Shown: positions 53,118 to 63,069 of the stretch, one piece after another | Layout: each line of letters starts with the position of its first letter | Numbering within the stretch: position 1 is the first letter of the stretch | From: Patescibacteria group bacterium | Lineage (GTDB): Bacteria; Patescibacteriota; UBA1384; JACPKC01 | Direction of reading: 5' to 3' | Assembly (NCBI GenBank): GCA_050944875.1 | Contig: JBMNRW010000002.1 | Span: forward strand, 1,009 to 65,008 | DNA length: 64,000 bases | Program-made: the position numbers and the translations under genes | Notes under the pieces: generated by a model | Told to the model about the DNA's origin: nothing | The model's input: only the letters and a program-made list of their open reading frames with translations | Databases searched by the model: none

Positions 53118-53148
53118 GCGGGGTGGCCTAGAGGCCGCCCCCTTTTTC
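53118..53148 (+). terminator. hairpin GGGGTGGCC-TAGA-GGCCGCCCC + TTTTT
   Basis: 9-bp stem with one G-U, T-run. Confidence 0.4.
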
Positions 53149-53183
53149 TTTGCCCGTGGTATACTTTCCCCAAAAGGAGGGTT

Positions 53184-53339
53184 ATGCACTGGATTACGCT
53201 CATTCTTGGGATTTGGATCTTCATCACCCCATGGCTTCTGGGGTTCGCGACGAATGCGGCGGGGCTGTGGAGCAATGTTGTGGTTGGGTTGGTCCTCGTC
53301 GTCGTCTCGATCTACGGTCTCTCGAGCACTGAAGCGTAG
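53184..53339 (+). CDS. small two-helix membrane protein (51 aa), SPW-repeat-like (ITPWLLGF)
   Basis: Below ORF-track size cut-off; RBS AAAGGAGGG 4 nt upstream; TGGTATACT extended -10 at 53157. Confidence 0.4.
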   Translation: MHWITLILGIWIFITPWLLGFATNAAGLWSNVVVGLVLVVVSIYGLSSTEA

Positions 53340-53390
53340 ATCTGTCGCCGGTATGGAATAGCGGGAGGGGGGGGTCTCTTCCGTTCTTCC

Positions 53391-54710
53391 ATGTCTTCGA
53401 CGCGGCTCATCATTGACTTCCACGTCCACTCGCGGTTTGCGCGGGCGTGCTCGAAGACGCTGACGCTCCCAAACATGGCCGCATGGGCGGCGGTCAAAGG
53501 CATTGACGTGCTCGGGACGGCGGACTTCACCCACCCGGTGTGGCTTAAGGAGATACAGGCTCAGCTCGTCGAGGCTGGCCAGGGTGTGTACACGCTCAAG
53601 GCGAAGCATGGCGTTTCGTTGCCGTACGACGTGGTTGCGCCGAGACCAGTCCGCTTTCTCTTGACCCACGAGGTCGCGACGATCTGGAGCCAGGGCGGGA
53701 AGCTCAGGCGCATGCACACCGTGCTCGTGGCGCCGGACATGCGGGCGGCCGAAGCGTTGACCGAGCAACTCACGCCCCGAGGAAAACTCGGCGCGGACGG
53801 TCGGCCAATCCTCGGCATGAGTGCCCGCGAGCTCGCTGTGATCGCCTGGGGCGTCGACGAGCGCTACCTCGTCATTCCGGCACACGCGTGGACGCCGTGG
53901 TTCGCAGTGTTCGGGAGTCAGTCTGGATTCGATTCGCTCGAGGAGTGCTTCGGCGACCTCACCCCGCGCATTCTCGCCGTCGAGACGGGGCTCTCGTCCG
54001 ACCCCACGATGAACTGGCAGCTCTCGGCGCTCGACTCGGTCGCGCTCATCTCCACCTCGGACGCGCACTCGCCGGATAACCTCGGCCGCGAAGCGACAGT
54101 GTTCCAGACTGAAGACGAGCTCTCGTTTGACCTCGTCGCGGCGATGCTGCGCGCCGGGGCGCCAGCTCGGTCGGCCGAGCGGTCGACGTGGAACTACCTC
54201 GACTACACGATCGAGTTCTTCCCGGAGGAAGGGAAGTACCACAACGACGGCCACCGGACGTGCGGGGTTTCGTGGACGCCTGAGGAGCGGAAGCGTCACA
54301 ACGGGCTGTGCACTAGCTGCGGCAAGCCGGTAACAGTCGGCGTGCTCTCACGGATCGACGACCTTGCCGACCGTCCGCACGGCTTCGTGCCGGACGGCGC
54401 GCCTGGGTACCGCAACATCGTGCCGATCCGCGACATCGCGAGTAGTACGCTTGGCGTCGGGAAGAAAGCGAAGGCGGTCGACAAGCTCTACGAACAGCTC
54501 GTAACGAAGGTGGGGCCGGAGTTCGACGTTCTCCTTGATGCTGAGCTTGAAGCAATCCGGCGGGCGAGCTCCGACGAGTTCGCTGAGATTGTCGGTGCGA
54601 TGCGGCAAGGGCAGGTCTCGGTGCGCCCTGGCTACGACGGCGTGTATGGCGAGCTTCTCTTGCCTGATCGGAATCGGTCACGGCAGGCGAATTTGTTCCA
54701 GCAATCCTAA
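53391..54710 (+). CDS. PHP-domain protein of the endonuclease Q-like (TIGR00375-like) family with C-terminal Zn ribbon
   Basis: N-terminal IDFHVHSRFARACS PHP motif, further His/Asp metal ligands (AHAWTPW, STSDAHSP), C-terminal HRTCGVSW...GLCTSCGK. Confidence 0.55.
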   Translation: MSSTRLIIDFHVHSRFARACSKTLTLPNMAAWAAVKGIDVLGTADFTHPVWLKEIQAQLVEAGQGVYTLKAKHGVSLPYDVVAPRPVRFLLTHEVATIWSQGGKLRRMHTVLVAPDMRAAEALTEQLTPRGKLGADGRPILGMSARELAVIAWGVDERYLVIPAHAWTPWFAVFGSQSGFDSLEECFGDLTPRILAVETGLSSDPTMNWQLSALDSVALISTSDAHSPDNLGREATVFQTEDELSFDLVAAMLRAGAPARSAERSTWNYLDYTIEFFPEEGKYHNDGHRTCGVSWTPEERKRHNGLCTSCGKPVTVGVLSRIDDLADRPHGFVPDGAPGYRNIVPIRDIASSTLGVGKKAKAVDKLYEQLVTKVGPEFDVLLDAELEAIRRASSDEFAEIVGAMRQGQVSVRPGYDGVYGELLLPDRNRSRQANLFQQS

Positions 54711-54727
54711 GTACGCCCTGGAGGGGA

Positions 54728-55324
54728 ATGACTGACAAGACACACCAAGCGCTCGGGTTTGCGGCTGCGGCCGCAGGCTACTTCGCGACCTACCCCAACG
54801 AACCCTTGACGTGGGGTATTGCCGGGACAGTGGTTACGGGTGCGTTCGTGGGCTCGTTCTTGCCCGACATCGACCAGCCGACGGCCAACTTCTGGGACTC
54901 GGTGCCACTTGGCGGCTTCGTAGGGAAGCTCGCGCCCCGGGCGCTTGGCGGCCACCGGAACCTTTCGCACTCGATCCTTGGCTACTTGCTGGGGAGCGCG
55001 CTCATGTACTGGATCGCGACGACAGTCTTCCGCGAGGGGCTCTTCGACATGAAGCTCTTCATGCTCGCCTTCGAGCTCGGTTTCTTCGCCCACCTGGCTG
55101 CTGACGCCATAACGGTCCAGGGGATCCCGCTCTTCTGGCCGATCGGCGGCAACATGGGGTTCCCGCCCCGGCCGTTCCACGACATCCGAATGGTCACGGG
55201 TAAGTGGTTCGAGAACCTCGTTGTGTTCCCGCTCTCGCTCCTGTTCGTCATTACAATTCTCGCCTCGCACCCGACAGAGATGTGCGCGCTCGCACCTGGC
55301 GTCTGCCGGTCATTCGGGATTTGA
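54728..55324 (+). CDS. membrane-bound metal-dependent hydrolase (YdjM/DUF457 family)
   Basis: FLPDIDQP, HRNLSHS, FFAHLAAD motifs in TM context. Confidence 0.6.
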   Translation: MTDKTHQALGFAAAAAGYFATYPNEPLTWGIAGTVVTGAFVGSFLPDIDQPTANFWDSVPLGGFVGKLAPRALGGHRNLSHSILGYLLGSALMYWIATTVFREGLFDMKLFMLAFELGFFAHLAADAITVQGIPLFWPIGGNMGFPPRPFHDIRMVTGKWFENLVVFPLSLLFVITILASHPTEMCALAPGVCRSFGI

Positions 55325-55382
55325 CGGCAACTGCCCGGTTGGTACGGTAGAGCTCCCATCTGTATGGAAGGCGGTGACGCGG

Positions 55383-55640
55383 ATGGGACGGAACTTCGAG
55401 CTCGAGGCGCTCGAGCGGTACGTCGGTCAGTGGGTACTGGTACGATTCTGCAGTCAGGAGGAGTCGGTGAAGGGGCAACTCGTGTCGGTGGAGCCGAGGC
55501 GCGGTTTCGGACGGTTCACGCTCGCGACAGCATACGGGACGACGACGTGGCCAATCCAGGAGGTCACGAATGTCCGCGTCGTATCCCCGCCGCTCTCCGC
55601 GACGAGCGACCCACCTGCACGCGCGCAGGCTGCCAGCTAG
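55383..55640 (+). CDS. small hypothetical protein (85 aa)
   Basis: RBS GGAAGG 11 nt upstream; moderate coding bias. Confidence 0.3.
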   Translation: MGRNFELEALERYVGQWVLVRFCSQEESVKGQLVSVEPRRGFGRFTLATAYGTTTWPIQEVTNVRVVSPPLSATSDPPARAQAAS

Positions 55641-55672
55641 GTGCTCGGCAGCCTTTTTCTTTTACGTGTGAC

Positions 55673-56161
55673 TTAGATAACCAGGAGGTAGATGAAGTAC
55701 GTGGCGAACCCGAGGCCGAGGCCGAGCTCGATCGCGGTCGAGACGAGGAAGCTCAACGTCGCGCCGAGGCCGCTCTTCAGCGCCTGCTGCTTCGTCCGAC
55801 CAGCGAGGAGTTCGCCCGCAACCGCGCCGAGGAGCGGGGCGATGAGGATCGAGACGAAGCCAGCTGGGAAGAAGAGGATGCCGACGATGAGCCCCAGGAG
55901 CGCGCCCGTCGCACCCCACGCTGTGCCGCCGAAGGCTTTCGTCGCGACGGGGGCGGCGGCGAGGTGGAGGACGTAGTAGAGCGCGGTCGCCAGCCCGACG
56001 AGGACGAGGGTTAGCGGTGATGGTTCAGTAAGCCCGGTCGCCGCAGCGCGGACCAGGAAGCCGACGAAGATGAGCGGCAGACCAGGGAGGGCGGGGATAA
56101 CCGTTCCCATGAGCCCGAAGCCGACGAGGACCGTTGCAAGAATTGTCAGAGCGAGTTCCAT
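55673..56161 (-). CDS. DUF456-family membrane protein
   Basis: 162 aa; TVIPALPGLPLIFVGF pattern. Confidence 0.6.
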   Translation of the reverse strand: MELALTILATVLVGFGLMGTVIPALPGLPLIFVGFLVRAAATGLTEPSPLTLVLVGLATALYYVLHLAAAPVATKAFGGTAWGATGALLGLIVGILFFPAGFVSILIAPLLGAVAGELLAGRTKQQALKSGLGATLSFLVSTAIELGLGLGFATYFIYLLVI

Positions 56162-56181
56162 GTGCCTAGTATAGGAGTACG

Positions 56182-57072
56182 ATGCCAGAACTACCAGAAG
56201 TCGAAACCGTCCGACGAGGCTTGGAACGCACGGTCGTCGGGAAGACCGTGCAGTCGGTTGAGATCGTCGCGGCGAAGATCTTCCCGGTGAGCTGGGATGC
56301 GCTCGACGAGCTCCTCATTGGCGCGTCAGTCGCTCGGGTGGAGCGCCGTGCCAAGGTACTCCTCATTACGCTCTCGAACCAGTGGACGCTCGCAATCCAC
56401 CTCAAGATGACCGGACAGATCATTGTCGTGTCGCCGAAGCCCGAAGTCGGTGGATTCGTCGGTGGGCACCCGGAGGCGGCGTACGCCGAGCCGCTGCCAC
56501 ACAAGCACACGCACGTCACGATTCAGTTCACTGACGGGACGATGCTCTACTTCAACGACCTCCGGAAGTTCGGCTGGATGAAGCTCCTCGCTCCAGAGCC
56601 GACGACAGGCTACGTCGACCGGGACTCGTTCCTCAGCTCGCTTCGACTTGGCCCTGAGCCGCTCTCCGAGGAGTTTACGCTCGATTACCTGCGTGGCGTG
56701 CTCCGCAACCGGTCAACGGTCGTGAAGTCACTGCTCCTCGACCAGGCGGCAATCGCTGGGATCGGGAATATCTACGCCGACGAGGCGCTCTTCCTGGCGA
56801 ACGTCCGGCCGACGCGCCGCGCGAAGACACTCACCCGAAAAGAGCAGGAGAAGCTGTATGCGGCGATCCGCACGGTCTTAACGCTCGGCATCGAACACGG
56901 CGGTACGAGTATGAATACGTACGTGAACGTCGAGGGCACGGCCGGTCGGATGCGCGACCACCTCAGGGTGTACGGCCGAGAAGGCGAGCCGTGCTTCGTC
57001 TGCGGTGCGCCAATCGAACGGAAGAAGATCGGCCAACGCTCGAGCCACTACTGCTTGACCTGCCAACGGTAG
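56182..57072 (+). CDS. mutM: formamidopyrimidine-DNA glycosylase
   Basis: N-terminal PELPEVE, H2TH, C-terminal Zn finger CFVCGAPI...CLTCQR. Confidence 0.9.
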   Translation: MPELPEVETVRRGLERTVVGKTVQSVEIVAAKIFPVSWDALDELLIGASVARVERRAKVLLITLSNQWTLAIHLKMTGQIIVVSPKPEVGGFVGGHPEAAYAEPLPHKHTHVTIQFTDGTMLYFNDLRKFGWMKLLAPEPTTGYVDRDSFLSSLRLGPEPLSEEFTLDYLRGVLRNRSTVVKSLLLDQAAIAGIGNIYADEALFLANVRPTRRAKTLTRKEQEKLYAAIRTVLTLGIEHGGTSMNTYVNVEGTAGRMRDHLRVYGREGEPCFVCGAPIERKKIGQRSSHYCLTCQR

Positions 57073-57108
57073 GTTGGCGCCTTCTCCAGGTTCCGCTACC
57101 CTGAACCT

Positions 57109-57864
57109 ATGCAGACTGACGCTATTATCCTCGCCGCGGGGAAGGGTACGCGCATGAATCACCCCGAGCTTCCCAAGGTGCTCGTCGAGGCGAACGGTCG
57201 CCCGGTGATCGCGTACACGCTCGATGCGCTCGCGGCTGCGGGCGTGTCCGATCCGGTACTCGTCGTCGGATACAAGGAGGAGCGGGTCCGCGAGGCGCTT
57301 GGCTCGCACCGCTACGTCCGCCAAGTCGAGCAGAACGGGACGGGGAGCGCCGTCCGGCTCGTCGAGCCTGAGCTCGGCGCATTCGACGGCGGGATCTATC
57401 TCGCGTACGGGGACTGTCCGCTTGTCACGCGCGACACGTTCGTCGCCCTCCAAGAGCTGCTCGAAGCCAACCCTGACGCCGCGCTCGTCGTGACAACTGG
57501 CCAGATCTCGAGCCCAGAAGAGCGGTACGGGCGGATCGTCCGGCGGCCAGACGGCGCGATCGAGCGGATCGTCGAGTTCAAAGACGCGACGGACGAAGAG
57601 CGGGCAATCACCGAGTACAATGCCGGACCGTACATTGTGCGCTCCCCTTGGCTCTGGGCTGCGCTCCGTCGCATGCAGCCGAGTCCGGTGACTGGCGAGT
57701 ACTACCTGACCGATATCGTCCAGTTCGCGAACGAGGACGGTTTCCGCGTCCTTGCCCATCCTGTTGCCAATCAAGAAGAAGCACTCGGCGTTAACACGCC
57801 AGACGAACTCGCGCGCGTCGCGCGCATCCTTCAAGAAAGGAAGGAGCATGAAGCTCACGATTGA
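57109..57864 (+). CDS. sugar-1-phosphate nucleotidyltransferase, GlmU N-terminal-domain-like (no acetyltransferase repeat domain)
   Basis: AIILAAGKGTRM P-loop, QVEQNGTGSAV, YYLTDIV. Confidence 0.7.
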   Translation: MQTDAIILAAGKGTRMNHPELPKVLVEANGRPVIAYTLDALAAAGVSDPVLVVGYKEERVREALGSHRYVRQVEQNGTGSAVRLVEPELGAFDGGIYLAYGDCPLVTRDTFVALQELLEANPDAALVVTTGQISSPEERYGRIVRRPDGAIERIVEFKDATDEERAITEYNAGPYIVRSPWLWAALRRMQPSPVTGEYYLTDIVQFANEDGFRVLAHPVANQEEALGVNTPDELARVARILQERKEHEAHD

Positions 57865-59338
57865 GCAGGTGAACTGGGAGACCTTAGGTACAGATGGCCT
57901 CGTTGTCCCGGTGGCGGAAGGGAAGTTCGACGAGCTCCCGGATGAGCTCCGCGCGCTGGTCCCGCCAGCCGCCCAGAGTCAGTTCGCTGGCAAGCTCGAC
58001 GATTGCCTTGTCCTCTACTCCTCGGCGGGGACGGTTACCCGCCTTGTCTTAGTTGGACTCGGCCGCGACAATGAGACATGGCCGCGGGCGGAGCGGTTTC
58101 GCCGCGCGGTCGGGGTCGGGGCGAAGTCGATCGCCAGCCTCAAGGGGCGGCACGTCCACCTCTTCGTCGGTAGTCGGACTGACGCGCGGTCGCTCCATGA
58201 CGCGGTACTCATCTCGCTCATCGCGCCGTACCGCTACGAGAAGCACCGGACGAAGTCCGAGGACAAGCTTGCTGAGTTCCTCTCACTCACGCTCCTTACG
58301 GACGAGCAGATCGAGACGAAGAAGTTCCGGCCAGCCCTCCTCCACGCGGCGGCCGTAGCGAACGCGGTCAAGGCGACACGCGACCTCGTGAACGCGCCGT
58401 CGAACACGTTGACGCCGACGCTGCTCGCGCAAGCGGCGAAGCAGCTCGAGACACTCGCTGACACGATCCACGTCTCAGTGCTCGACGAGCCCTCGCTCGA
58501 GCAGGAGCGGTTCGGCGCACTCCTCGCAGTCGCCCGGGGATCGGACGAAGAAGCGCAGCTCATTACAATCGACTACACGCCAAAGAAGAACGTCGGAAAG
58601 ACCGTCGCACTCGTGGGGAAGGGTGTGACGTTCGACACTGGCGGGGTCAACCTTAAACCAGAAACGGGGATCGCCGGGATGCATATGGATATGGCTGGCG
58701 CAGCAACGGTATTCGGGACGATCATGGCGGCAGCACAGCTCGGCCTGCCGATTCGCATCATCGGCGTCATTCCTGCGACGGAGAACATGCCGAGCGGCGC
58801 TGCGCTGAAGCCGGGTGATGTGATTACGGCCCGCTCGGGGAAGACGATCGAGATCGCAAACACCGATGCCGAAGGGCGGCTCATCCTTGCTGACGGCTTA
58901 GACTGGGCGCTCCAGTTCGAGCCCGACCTCATCCTCGACGCCGCGACGCTGACTGGTGCGGCACTCGTCGCACTTGGCGAGGAGCGCGGTGCGGTGATCG
59001 GGAACGACGAAGACCTAATTGAGCAGCTCTGGGAGGCGGGCGAGCAGGTCGGTGAGCGGATCTGGGAGCTCCCGCTCGACGATGCGTACCGCGAGCACGT
59101 GAAGAGCGAGATGGCCGACGTGCGTAACCTGGGACAGGGACGGCAGGCGGGGACGATCGCTGGGGCGGCGTTCCTCGAGCACTTCGTCCCGAAGGAGACG
59201 CCCTGGGCGCACATCGACCTCGCTGGCCCGGCAATGCGCTCGAAGGCGACGGCGTACGAGCCGAAGGGTGGGACTGGCTGGGGTGTCCGCCTGCTCGTCG
59301 AGTTCCTCACCACGTACGCGTCACGGCCGAAGGAGTAA
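57848..59338 (+). CDS. pepA: leucyl aminopeptidase (M17)
   Basis: NTDAEGRLILAD signature, metal ligands; RBS GGAAGGAG; overlaps previous gene by 17 nt. Confidence 0.9.
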   Translation: MKLTIEQVNWETLGTDGLVVPVAEGKFDELPDELRALVPPAAQSQFAGKLDDCLVLYSSAGTVTRLVLVGLGRDNETWPRAERFRRAVGVGAKSIASLKGRHVHLFVGSRTDARSLHDAVLISLIAPYRYEKHRTKSEDKLAEFLSLTLLTDEQIETKKFRPALLHAAAVANAVKATRDLVNAPSNTLTPTLLAQAAKQLETLADTIHVSVLDEPSLEQERFGALLAVARGSDEEAQLITIDYTPKKNVGKTVALVGKGVTFDTGGVNLKPETGIAGMHMDMAGAATVFGTIMAAAQLGLPIRIIGVIPATENMPSGAALKPGDVITARSGKTIEIANTDAEGRLILADGLDWALQFEPDLILDAATLTGAALVALGEERGAVIGNDEDLIEQLWEAGEQVGERIWELPLDDAYREHVKSEMADVRNLGQGRQAGTIAGAAFLEHFVPKETPWAHIDLAGPAMRSKATAYEPKGGTGWGVRLLVEFLTTYASRPKE

Positions 59339-59340
59339 CA

Positions 59341-60066
59341 ATGCGCATCCTCCTCATCCAGTACCGGACCGATGCGTCAGCAGAGCACGAGTACCGCTGC
59401 GTCACGACGCACGGCAGACTCGACGAGACGAGTATCCACCGGGTTAATCCCGTACTCCAGCCGGGGACGCTGCGAACCGTACGGATCGCCGACTACGACG
59501 CGGTGGTGTTCGGCGGGTCGGGCGAGTTCAGCGCCGCGACGCCTGGCCCGATCGCCGGTGCGCTCGACGAGGCACGGTTCGTCCTCGACGACGTCCTCGC
59601 CACCGACCACCCGTTCTTCGGCATGTGCTTCGGCCACCAGGTACTCGCGCGTCACCTCGGTGCTCGCGTCGTCACTGACCCGAACGAGAGCCAGGTTGGA
59701 TCGCACCCGGTGCGCGTAACAGTCGCTGGGCAGGCGGACCGGCTCTTCGCTGATGTTCCGGCGGAGTTCATCGCGCAGCACGGGCATAAGGACGCGGTCA
59801 TCGACGAACCGGCTGGCGCGATCCACCTCGCCGAGGGGTATAAGAACCGTATGGGCGCGTACCGGATCGGCCAGCACGTTTACGCCACGCAGTTCCACCC
59901 AGAGCTCACGAAGGCGGATCTCGTTCACCGGCTGACGCTCTACCCTGAATACCTTAAGGGGCGGACGCTTGAGGAAGCGAGCGCGGAGTTCCGCGACTCG
60001 CACGAAGCGGTGAAGGTGCTCCGGAACTTTGTCGACGGCATTCGCCCGCGGCCGATGGCGGCCTAG
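59341..60066 (+). CDS. class I glutamine amidotransferase-like protein
   Basis: Catalytic GMCFGHQ Cys and H/E context (QFHPE). Confidence 0.75.
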   Translation: MRILLIQYRTDASAEHEYRCVTTHGRLDETSIHRVNPVLQPGTLRTVRIADYDAVVFGGSGEFSAATPGPIAGALDEARFVLDDVLATDHPFFGMCFGHQVLARHLGARVVTDPNESQVGSHPVRVTVAGQADRLFADVPAEFIAQHGHKDAVIDEPAGAIHLAEGYKNRMGAYRIGQHVYATQFHPELTKADLVHRLTLYPEYLKGRTLEEASAEFRDSHEAVKVLRNFVDGIRPRPMAA

Positions 60067-60088
60067 CACGTGCTGCTATACTGCGTAC

Positions 60089-60844
60089 ATGGCAACCCTC
60101 AAAACCCGGGGGATTGTACTCAGGCGGAGGGTCTACGGCGAAGCCGATCGGATCCTCACCCTACTGACGCCTGGACTCGGTAAGCTCGATGTCATTGCGA
60201 AGGGCGCACGTCGCATGAAGAGTAAGCTCGGGGGTCACCTCGAGCTCTTCTACGTCGTCGACTGGGTGCTCGCTGAAGGGCGGACCTGGCACGTGGTGAC
60301 TGCTGCTGAGGCGGCCGAAGTGTTCTCCGCGCTCCGAGAGGATTTGGAGCTCGTCCGCCAGGCCAGCCACGTCGCACACCTAGCGGCGCGTGTCTCGCTC
60401 GACGGCGAGGGAAACCCGGCGCTTTATGCGCTCGTCGAACGGACGCTCCGGGCGCTCGTCCCGGGGTACTCGCCGCTCGTTGTCCGGCAGTTCGAGTGGC
60501 AGCTCCTCTTCGCGATTGGTAATCAGCCGGCACTCGGCGCGTGCAGCCACTGCGGTGGCGCGCTCGACGCGGCTCGACTCGGCCTCTGTCCAGCCCGGGG
60601 CGGAGCACTCTGTCCGCGGTGCTTAGCGGAAGAAGCGGTTCATATTCCGGTGCAACCTGAGACGCTAAAGCTCCTCCGGCTCTTCGAGCGCGCGCCGGTC
60701 GTCCTGGCTGATCGGCTGGCACCAGTCAACGAGGCGATCCTTGGCGAGGCGGAGCGGGTGACGCGCGCCTTCCTCGAGCACACGCTCGAAACCTCACTCG
60801 TCCTGCCGGCTACGCTCTCCGAGACTGCTCATGCGCACCGTTGA
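60089..60844 (+). CDS. recO: DNA repair protein RecO
   Basis: OB-fold N-terminus (GIVLRRRVYGEADRILTLLT), C-terminal Zn-binding CxxC...CxxC. Confidence 0.85.
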   Translation: MATLKTRGIVLRRRVYGEADRILTLLTPGLGKLDVIAKGARRMKSKLGGHLELFYVVDWVLAEGRTWHVVTAAEAAEVFSALREDLELVRQASHVAHLAARVSLDGEGNPALYALVERTLRALVPGYSPLVVRQFEWQLLFAIGNQPALGACSHCGGALDAARLGLCPARGGALCPRCLAEEAVHIPVQPETLKLLRLFERAPVVLADRLAPVNEAILGEAERVTRAFLEHTLETSLVLPATLSETAHAHR

Positions 60845-61923
60845 CCTCCAGGCTATTCGGGCAAATACCGCAGCGTTACGCGCGGTGGCTGGCAGTGCTG
60901 AACTCATGGCAGTCGTGAAGGATAACGCGTACGGGCACGGACTCGTACCGGTCGCTCGCGCGACGCTCGAGGCTGGCGCGACCTGGCTCGGTATTGTTCA
61001 CCTCTGAAGAGGGAGCCGCGCTCCGTCGGGCGGGAATCACTGCTCCGATTCTCATGCTCGGGTACGTTGAACCGGGGCACGCACAGCAGGTGAGCGTGCT
61101 CGGGATCGACATTCCGGTCATGGGACTTGAGCACGCCCGCGCTCTTGCCTTGGCACTAGGGGATCGACCCCTGCGGGTCCACCTCAAGCTTGAGACCGGG
61201 CTCCATCGGTTCGGACTCGGGATTGAGGAGCTTCGGCCACTCCTCGATTTACTTGCCGACCATCCGAACATCGAACACGTCGGGACGTACTCCCACTTCG
61301 CCGCCGTGGAAGAAGCGATGCTTGACCACGCCGAGCGGCAGCTCGCTGTCTTCGCGCAGTGCCTCGAGCACATCCCTGAACCAGGCGTGCGACACATCGC
61401 CGCCACTGCCGCGACGTTTGTCCTTCCCGCCAGCCGGTACGACCTTGCCCGGTGTGGCATCGGGCTGTACGGGCTCTGGCCATCGTCCGAGATCCAGGCA
61501 CGGGTCGGTGGCGCGGTTGTGCTCCGCCCGGCGCTCCGATGGGAAGAGCGGATTCGGGCGGTGAAGGACGTCGAGGCTGGCACGCCGGTCGGGTATGGTT
61601 GTGCCTGGGTACCGCGTCGTCCGAGTCGCGTTGCGCTCCTTGACGTCGGGTACGCCGACGGACTCCCGCGTAGCCTCTCGAACGTTGGCGTGGTCGAGGT
61701 ACGGGGGCACGCGTGCCCGATCGTCGGCCGGATCTGCTCGAACGTCACGTTCGTCGACGTGACACTTGTGCCAGACGCCCGCACTGACGACTCGGCGCTG
61801 CTCATCGGCGGGAGCACGGAACGACCAACGGCGTTGGATCGCCAAGCCGAGCGGGCAGGCATGATCAACTACGAGCTCGCTATTCGGTTGCCCGACGTGC
61901 CGACTATGCAGTACCTCGGCTAG
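60831..61923 (+). pseudogene. alr: alanine racemase interrupted by a +1 frame break at about 61,002-61,007 (in-frame TGA 61005-61007)
   Basis: N-terminal 57 aa (AVVKDNAYGHG PLP-Lys motif) in frame A; remainder (EEGAALRRAGITAPILMLGY...) in frame B from 60994; 14-nt overlap with recO. Confidence 0.6.
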
Positions 61924-62002
61924 GTTGCGATCAGGTTTACTTGGGGTAGAATACAGGTACACTCCGCGTCTCGAGCAGCCCTCCAGAGGGGAGGTGAACA
62001 CT

Positions 62003-62323
62003 ATGGCGCGATTCCTCGCTGCAATTGTGAATGTCATCATCGGCATCGCCGAAGCGTTCCTCGTTGCCCGATTTCTCTTGAAACTTCTCGCGGCGCGCCC
62101 AGCCGCCGACTTTGTCGCCTGGGTGTACGCGACGAGCGAGCCGCTCCTTGAGCCGTTCAGGGGCATGTTCCCGGCACCGGTTCTTGAAGGCGGTTCCATC
62201 CTCGAGTTCTCGACGCTCTTCGCGATCCTCGCGTACGCCTTCCTTAGCTACCTGTTGAGCGAGCTCCTGGCGACCCTCTCGTACGCTGCGAGTCGGCGTC
62301 GGTACGATCGGTACGACCGGTGA
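62003..62323 (+). CDS. YggT-family membrane protein
   Basis: RBS GGGGAGGTG; two TM helices with YggT pattern. Confidence 0.65.
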   Translation: MARFLAAIVNVIIGIAEAFLVARFLLKLLAARPAADFVAWVYATSEPLLEPFRGMFPAPVLEGGSILEFSTLFAILAYAFLSYLLSELLATLSYAASRRRYDRYDR

Positions 62324-63069
62324 TCAGTGTCGTTGACTCTGGCCTTGGCGGACTCTCGGTAGCGTTCCCACTCGTGGCGGCGCTATCGACCGTGCCGATT
62401 GCCTACCTCGCCGACCAGGCGTTTGCGCCGTACGGGGAGAGATCCCAGGATGAGCTCATCCATCGGCTCGCGCTCATCATCCACTTCTTCCAGCAGCAGG
62501 GGGCGGCACTCATGGTGCTCGCGTGCAACACCGCGTCGGTGAACGCGATCGACGCGCTCCGGCACGATTTCCCCTCACTCCAGTTCGTCGGCATGGAGCC
62601 TGCGGTGAAGCCGGCGGCCAGCACAGCTGATAAGATCGTCGTGCTCGGAACGAACTCGACCGTGCGTAATGCTCGGCACCGAACCCTCGTCGACGCGCAC
62701 GCGAGTGGGAAGACTGTCTGGCACGTCGGTGCCCCCGAGCTCGTCCGTCAGGTTGAGGCCGGGGAGTTGAATCGACTCGACCACCTCGAGCGCTTGCTGC
62801 AGCCGTACGTCGACCAAGGTGCAGAGGCGCTCGTTATCGGCTGCAGTCACTTTTCGTTCCTCCGACCGGCGATCACTCGGCGTTGGCCAAGGCTCCAGAT
62901 CTTCGACGGCGCCGACGGCGTTGTCCGGCGGACGATCGGACTCGCCGAACCATTGGCCGGTAGCGGTGGAGCGGGCCGCCAGTACTGGACGACAGGATCG
63001 GCGCGCACCGTCCAGTTCGTGTCGCCGCCGCTTGCATTCGCACACATCGACTTGGAGGTTACAGCGTGA
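62320..63069 (+). CDS. murI: glutamate racemase
   Basis: VVDSGLGGLSV and LACNTAS catalytic-Cys motifs; GTGA overlap with yggT. Confidence 0.9.
   Translation: MISVVDSGLGGLSVAFPLVAALSTVPIAYLADQAFAPYGERSQDELIHRLALIIHFFQQQGAALMVLACNTASVNAIDALRHDFPSLQFVGMEPAVKPAASTADKIVVLGTNSTVRNARHRTLVDAHASGKTVWHVGAPELVRQVEAGELNRLDHLERLLQPYVDQGAEALVIGCSHFSFLRPAITRRWPRLQIFDGADGVVRRTIGLAEPLAGSGGAGRQYWTTGSARTVQFVSPPLAFAHIDLEVTA

Noticed and set aside
60995-61010. Programmed +1 ribosomal frameshift in alr analogous to prfB (CUU UGA)
   Set aside because: The P-site codon would be CUC with +1 codon UCU, which is not a slippery pair, and no upstream SD-like stimulator is at the right spacing. Indel or pseudogene is more parsimonious.
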